From: a virus
Taxonomy: Duplodnaviria; Caudoviricetes
Direction: 5' to 3' (one strand)
Virus record (IMG/VR): IMGVR_UViG_3300042197_001662
Location: 1 to 59,462 of that record
Length of the DNA stretch: 59,462 nt
Within the stretch, counting starts at the first letter, position 1. The number at the start of each line of letters is the position of its first letter. Below, piece by piece: positions 54,347-59,462 of the stretch. The notes beneath the pieces are model-generated. The model was not told where the DNA came from and ran no database searches. It worked only from the letters and a program-made list of their open reading frames with translations. The position numbers were made by a program, and so were the translations under genes.

Positions 54347-57300
54347 CTCGCATTGTTGGTGCTGGTGGCGGCGGTGGTGGAGGCGGTTGCTTTCTTGGGC
54401 ACACGCTTGTTGCCACACCAACGGGCGAACGCCGCATTGATGAGCTACGCCCCGACGATCTTGTCTGGAGCTTCGACCACAACGGCGGAATCCACGAAGC
54501 CAAGGTGCTCAAGGTTCACAAGCACGAAAACGAGCGCGTCATCCGTTACACGCTCTGGGGCGGTCAGATCCTTGATGCCACGCCAAACCACTGGGTACTC
54601 AACCAGTTCAACGCCTTCGTCGAAATCGACACCCTTGGCGCGGACGACTGCCTAGTCGATCACAACGGGCACCTGCGCCCCATCGTCAGCAAGGCTGAAT
54701 TTTGCAATGGCACCGTCTACAACCTGACGGTCGAAGGGCACCACACTTTTATTGCTGGCGGAATCCGCGTCCATAACGCCGGTCTAGGTCTGGGTATCGC
54801 CGGTTCCGGTGGAGGCGGTGGAGGCGGCGGTGGCAGCAAAGGTGGCGGCGGTGGCGGTGGCGCCAGTCGTACCCCTACCGAAGCCGACGACTCGCTTCAG
54901 TCTGTCCAATTTGGCAGCGTGCTGGATCTGCTGTCGGAAGGCGAAATCCAAGGCATCGAAAACGGCAACAAGGGTATTTATCTCGCTGGCACACCGATTG
55001 AAGATGCTGCCGGAAACGTCAATTTCTCCGGCTTCACGATCGAAAGCCGCACTGGTACACAAGCCCAGAGCTATATCAGCCAACAGATTGGCACCGAAAG
55101 CGAAAAAGGCGTCAACGTCGAAGTCTTCAAAGACACCCCAGTCGTTCGCACCATCACCGATTCAGACGTTGATCGTGTTCGCGTAACGCTGCAAATCCCG
55201 GCGCTACAAATCTTCCTGGATAACGGCGACATTATCGGACACAGCGTACAAATTCAGATCCAAGTTCAGTACAACTCCGGCGGCTACACAACAGTTGTCA
55301 CCGACACGATTAGCGGCAAGACCAGCAATCCTTACCAGCGCGATTACATGTTGTTGCTGTCTGGAGCATTTCCTGTTGACATCAAAGTTGTCCGCGTCAG
55401 TGACGACGAAACAACCGCCCGCCGCCAAAACCTGACCTACTGGTTTAGCTACACCGAAATCATTGATGAAAAACTGCGTTACCCCAACAGCGCACTGGCA
55501 TACCTGCGTTTTGATTCGCGCCAGTTTGATTCAATCCCAACCCGCAAATATCTGATTCGCGGCGTCAAAGTACAACTGCCATCTAACGCCACTGTTGATA
55601 CCACCACTTACCCAGGTCGCGTGACCTACGCAGGCATCTGGGACGGCACATTTGGCGCGGCGACATGGTGCAGTGACCCTGCCTGGTGTTTATACGACCT
55701 GCTCACTAACACCCGTTATGGCGCGTCAATTCCCGCCAGCAGCCTCGATAAATACGACTTCTACGCCATCAGCCAATACTGCAACACGCTGGTAAGCAAC
55801 GGACGCGGCGGGCAAGAACCGCGCTTCTCGTGCAACCTGCTCATCAACAGCCGCGACGAGGTTTACAACGTCATCCAAGAGATGACAAGCCTGTTCCGTG
55901 GCATCGCGTATTACGGCGCTGGCTCGCTGGTACTGCAGCAGGACAAACCCACCGATTCGCAGTATCTGATTGGTCCCAGCAACGTTATTGACGGCAACTT
56001 TGTTTATAGCGGCACCTCACAAAAAGCCCGCCATACCACCGCCACTGTTGCTTGGCAGTCCTACGACACCCTTGGTGAAGTCGAATACGAATACGTTGAA
56101 GACGCCGACGCTGTAGCCAAATACGGCATCATCAACAAAGATATCAAGGCGCTGGGTTGTTACAGCCAAGGGCAGGCACATCGCGCTGGTAAGTGGGCGC
56201 TACTGAGCGAACAAAACCTGACCGAAACTGTCACCTTCTCGGTGTCAATCGACAGTGGCATCATCTTGCGCCCCGGCATGGTGATCGACGTTGCCGATCC
56301 GTTGAAAGCTGGCTCACGCCGTAGCGGTCGCGTCAAGTCCGCCACGACAACCGCCATCACGATTGACAGCAGCACTGATCTGACCGTCAACCTATCCAAC
56401 AGCCCAACAATTTCGGTGTTGATGCCAACGGGCTTGGTGGAAACCAAATCCATCAGCAGCATCAGCAGCGGCGTTATAACCGTCAGCAGCGCCTTCAGCG
56501 AAGCTCCTAACGCCAACAGCGTCTGGCTCATCCAAACCAGCGACATCCAATCCCAGCAATATCGCGTTTTGAATGTTGCTGAAGCGGAAGATGGAATTTA
56601 CGGCGTCACCGCACTGGAATACAACAGCAGCATTTATGCCGCCATTGAATCAGACATCAATCTGACCGAACGAGACATCAGCAACCTGTCTAACAAACCT
56701 GATGCCCCAAGCAGTCTGGGTGGAACGGAATATCTATACCAAGACGGGCAAAGTGTATTTTCCGGCTTCGACCTGAGCTGGACTAGCCCGAAACAGCGCG
56801 TCAACGAATTTCGCGTTAAGTGGCGCATTGATAACGACAACTGGAGCCAAGCCAACACCACGTCACCGTCCCTGCAGATCAAAAACACCCGCAAGGGCAC
56901 GCTGTATGTCCAAGTCACCGCCGCCAACTACCTCAATAAGGTCAGCGAAATTGCCGTTGCCCAATTTGACCTGATTGGCAAAACCGCTGTTCCCGGCAAC
57001 GTCCAAAACCTCACGTTTGAAGCAATCAATAACAACTCCGGTCGCCTGCGCTGGACCGAAACCGTTGACCTTGACGTGAAGGTTGGTGGCAAGATCCATA
57101 TTCGCCACAGCAGCCTCACTGACGGCACCGCCACTTGGAGCAACAGCGTTGACCTGATCCCAGCAAAATCCGGCTCTTCTACTGAGGCGATTATTCCGCT
57201 GGTGGAAGGCGAAGTGCTGGTGAAATTTGAGGATGACGGTGGACGACAAAGCGCCAGCGAAACCAGCGTCATCATTGATCTGCCCGACACCATCGCCCCG

Positions 57301-58110
57301 CTCACGATCCAAACCCGGCGAGAAGATCAAGATGCCCCACCGTTCCAAGGATCGAAGGTGGATGTGTTTTACAGCGACGAGTTCGATGCGCTCACGCTGG
57401 ATGGCGACACCGCTTTCGACACCGTTGTTGATGTTGACGCCATGGTCAACTTTGACGTGATTGGCGAAGTCCTTGGCTCAGGCAATTACACCTTCCTGAA
57501 CACGTTGGATCTGGGCAACACCTTTGCCGTTGACCTGCGCCGTTATTTCGTCACCCGTGGCTACTACCCGTCCGATCTAATCGACTCCCGCACCAACACG
57601 GTGGACGACTGGAGCGATTGGGACGGCGCCGTGACCGACAAGGTAAATGCCAAGCTGATGTTGCGCTCCACCACCGACAACCCAAGCAGCAGCCCGACTT
57701 GGGGAAGCTGGCAGGAGTTTGTCAACGGCACCTTCCGTGGTCGCGGCTTCCAGTTCCGCGCTGACCTCACCAGCAGCGCCATCGACCAAAACATCTTGGT
57801 GGACGAGCTGGGCTATGACGCCACCTTCCAGCGTCGCGCTGAAAACAGCGATGGAGCGGTCAGCAGCGGTGCAGGCGCCAAGGCGATCACCTTCGCCAAT
57901 CCGTTCTGGACTGGTACGGCAAGCCTCGGCGGGGTCAACGCCTACCTGCCAAGCATCGGCATCACGGCCCAAAACATGGGCACCGGCGATTACTTTGAAG
58001 TCACCAGCGTCAGTGGCACCGGCTTTACGGTTACCTTCAAAAATTCGGGTGGCACTGCCGTCAGCCGTAACTTCAACTGGAGTGCGGTTGGTTATGGCAG
58101 AGGCGGTTAA
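54343..58110 (+). CDS. Central tail fibre/tail tip protein J-like with N-terminal Hint domain and FN3-like repeats
   Basis: DLLSEGEI.G, LRYPNSAL, WDGTF, DPAW.LYDLLT..RYG, EPRF, GC.S.GQA.R.G.W, PG.VI.VADP. Confidence 0.93.
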   Translation: MTRIVGAGGGGGGGGCFLGHTLVATPTGERRIDELRPDDLVWSFDHNGGIHEAKVLKVHKHENERVIRYTLWGGQILDATPNHWVLNQFNAFVEIDTLGADDCLVDHNGHLRPIVSKAEFCNGTVYNLTVEGHHTFIAGGIRVHNAGLGLGIAGSGGGGGGGGGSKGGGGGGGASRTPTEADDSLQSVQFGSVLDLLSEGEIQGIENGNKGIYLAGTPIEDAAGNVNFSGFTIESRTGTQAQSYISQQIGTESEKGVNVEVFKDTPVVRTITDSDVDRVRVTLQIPALQIFLDNGDIIGHSVQIQIQVQYNSGGYTTVVTDTISGKTSNPYQRDYMLLLSGAFPVDIKVVRVSDDETTARRQNLTYWFSYTEIIDEKLRYPNSALAYLRFDSRQFDSIPTRKYLIRGVKVQLPSNATVDTTTYPGRVTYAGIWDGTFGAATWCSDPAWCLYDLLTNTRYGASIPASSLDKYDFYAISQYCNTLVSNGRGGQEPRFSCNLLINSRDEVYNVIQEMTSLFRGIAYYGAGSLVLQQDKPTDSQYLIGPSNVIDGNFVYSGTSQKARHTTATVAWQSYDTLGEVEYEYVEDADAVAKYGIINKDIKALGCYSQGQAHRAGKWALLSEQNLTETVTFSVSIDSGIILRPGMVIDVADPLKAGSRRSGRVKSATTTAITIDSSTDLTVNLSNSPTISVLMPTGLVETKSISSISSGVITVSSAFSEAPNANSVWLIQTSDIQSQQYRVLNVAEAEDGIYGVTALEYNSSIYAAIESDINLTERDISNLSNKPDAPSSLGGTEYLYQDGQSVFSGFDLSWTSPKQRVNEFRVKWRIDNDNWSQANTTSPSLQIKNTRKGTLYVQVTAANYLNKVSEIAVAQFDLIGKTAVPGNVQNLTFEAINNNSGRLRWTETVDLDVKVGGKIHIRHSSLTDGTATWSNSVDLIPAKSGSSTEAIIPLVEGEVLVKFEDDGGRQSASETSVIIDLPDTIAPLTIQTRREDQDAPPFQGSKVDVFYSDEFDALTLDGDTAFDTVVDVDAMVNFDVIGEVLGSGNYTFLNTLDLGNTFAVDLRRYFVTRGYYPSDLIDSRTNTVDDWSDWDGAVTDKVNAKLMLRSTTDNPSSSPTWGSWQEFVNGTFRGRGFQFRADLTSSAIDQNILVDELGYDATFQRRAENSDGAVSSGAGAKAITFANPFWTGTASLGGVNAYLPSIGITAQNMGTGDYFEVTSVSGTGFTVTFKNSGGTAVSRNFNWSAVGYGRGG
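54388..54777 (+). other. Hint (bacterial intein-like) domain, 130 aa, no endonuclease
   Basis: CFLGHTLV.TP.G...I.EL; ATPNH (TxxH); VYNLTVEGHHTFIAGGIRVHN, followed by Ala. Confidence 0.92.
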
Positions 58111-58145
58111 AGTGAGACAAATACTGTCCTGAAGCGGGCTAGCTC

Positions 58146-59462
58146 ATGGCTCAGCACGATTACGTTATTGCCAACGGCACTGGTGCAGCCGTCCGCAGTG
58201 ACCTCAATAACGCGCTTGCTGCGATTGTGTCACAGAACAGTGGCGCAACGGAACCCGCAACGACCTACGCGTTCCAGTTCTGGGCAGATACCACCACCAG
58301 CACCTTAAAGCTCAGAAATAGCGCGAACAATGCCTGGATCGAGCTGCTGCAGCTTGACGGCACGCTGACCATGGAAGACGGCACCGAGGCGCTGCCCGGT
58401 CTTGCCTTCCGCTCCGACCTCGATACCGGAGTCTGGCGCCCAGGAACCAACTCACTGGCGATCAGCACCAACGCCGTGGAGCGCGTTGAATTTGGCGCCA
58501 GCGAAGTTGTTTTCAATGACGGCGGCGCTAACTACGACTTCCGCGTCGAAGGTGATACAAACGCAAACCTGCTATTTGTTGACGCCTCGGCAGATGCGGT
58601 AGGCATAGGGTCTTCGACGCCTCAAGATTCTCTACAAGCGCCAAATGCACGCTTTACAGTTTTTTCGGCAGGCGGATCAAGTGGCTCAACATTTGATAAT
58701 GGTGTTCGGATTCTTTCGGGTGACGGAGGCCCTGGAAATAGACCTTCTATACAAATCAGTGGTGGTGGCACCGCTGGACTTAGCAACAAAAGTTTCCGCA
58801 CCTATTACGACAACGGCGGAACAGAATCTTTGTATTTTACCTACCAGGGCGGTGCTTATTTCGGAGCAGCGGTAGGGATTGGCGTTACGAGTCCTACGCA
58901 AGCACTAGAAGTTGCCGGTTCAATTCGCCTTAACAATGATCTTCTTGTTGCCGATGCAACTGCAACTCGTGGTCGCATTTATGGTGACTCCACTGGATTG
59001 GTTGTTCGCGCTGACACGGGACTTCAACTCCGATTCCATGCTGATGCTCAAGAGAAGGCGCGTATTGATACATCAGGACGCCTGTTAGTTGGCACGTCTA
59101 CGAGTGCTAGCGCGGGTGATGCTCAATACGCAAAGTTACAAGTTCAAGGAAACACAAATAACAACGCCGGTAGCGCCATTTTTGCTCTTTTAAGAGGAGA
59201 AGCGGCAACAAGTATTACTTCGGGCGAGTCAATCGGCTTGCTTCAATTTGCGGACAGTTCTGGCAATCCATTTGGGTATATTCAGTGTGTAGCCGATGGA
59301 AATGCGGGATCGGGTGATTACCCAGGACGCATAGAGTTCTCGGTGACGAGGGATGGCCAGGCATCGCCAACTGAGGCGCTCAGGATTACAAATGGTGGAG
59401 CAATTTCTTGTGGGCCGCAAGTTAGCGGTGCAGATCTTGTTGGAACAGAAGCCTGCGGTTTT
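58146..59462 (+). CDS. Side tail fibre, open to window end (absent from ORF track); completed in frame by 18063..18518 on circularisation
   Basis: MAQHDYVIANGTGAAVRSDLNNAL.AI; DTSGRLLVGTS; last 42 codons identical to those in 17508..18518. Confidence 0.9.
   Translation, partial: MAQHDYVIANGTGAAVRSDLNNALAAIVSQNSGATEPATTYAFQFWADTTTSTLKLRNSANNAWIELLQLDGTLTMEDGTEALPGLAFRSDLDTGVWRPGTNSLAISTNAVERVEFGASEVVFNDGGANYDFRVEGDTNANLLFVDASADAVGIGSSTPQDSLQAPNARFTVFSAGGSSGSTFDNGVRILSGDGGPGNRPSIQISGGGTAGLSNKSFRTYYDNGGTESLYFTYQGGAYFGAAVGIGVTSPTQALEVAGSIRLNNDLLVADATATRGRIYGDSTGLVVRADTGLQLRFHADAQEKARIDTSGRLLVGTSTSASAGDAQYAKLQVQGNTNNNAGSAIFALLRGEAATSITSGESIGLLQFADSSGNPFGYIQCVADGNAGSGDYPGRIEFSVTRDGQASPTEALRITNGGAISCGPQVSGADLVGTEACGF
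59336..59462 (+). repeat. 127-nt exact direct repeat, copy 2
   Basis: Identical to 17936..18062 up to the last base of the window. Confidence 0.97.

Noticed and set aside
54388-54777. Canonical mobile intein
   Set aside because: +1 residue is Ala, there is no endonuclease, and the site is a Gly linker rather than a conserved active site; kept as BIL-type
1-59462. Stop-codon reassignment
   Set aside because: Long core genes are intact in the standard code, and TAA, TAG and TGA all end genes

Overview
The window is entirely phage DNA, with cyanophage signatures (NblA-like gene, glycosidase+C39 lysins, S74-chaperone tail fibres). It reads as two genomes joined together. Bases 1 to about 17.9 kb are a fragment of a larger phage: tail-fibre cassettes, GH24/C39 lysin, tRNA-Thr(TGT), tRNA-Leu(TAA), HNH genes, Dps, prolyl-4-hydroxylase-like, NblA-like, Dam-like, Phd-like and His-Me finger genes. 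Bases 17936-59335 form an apparently complete 41,400-bp circular siphovirus-like genome: lysis, PolA, dCTP deaminase, primase-helicase, SSB-like, exonuclease, TerS/TerL, portal, scaffold, capsid, neck, tape measure, lambda-like M-L-K-I-J tail tip and tail fibre. I recognised no integrase in it. The last 127 nt of the window exactly repeat 17936-18062 and close that circle in frame inside a tail-fibre gene, most likely an assembly chimera through a shared fibre module. The top biological candidate is a 130-aa self-cleaving Hint/BIL domain (C...HN-A) inserted between duplicated IxG(A/S)-polyGly motifs at the N-terminus of tail-tip protein J, beside JAB-protease K and ubiquitin-like I, which carries the same motif. 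Other notable points: a +1/-2 tail-chaperone frameshift, tandem tail-tube paralogues outside the tail module, repeated C-NGT-G hairpins at the scaffold/capsid starts, and a phased inverted iteron array inside the primase gene. All calls come from reading motifs by eye; no database search was run.
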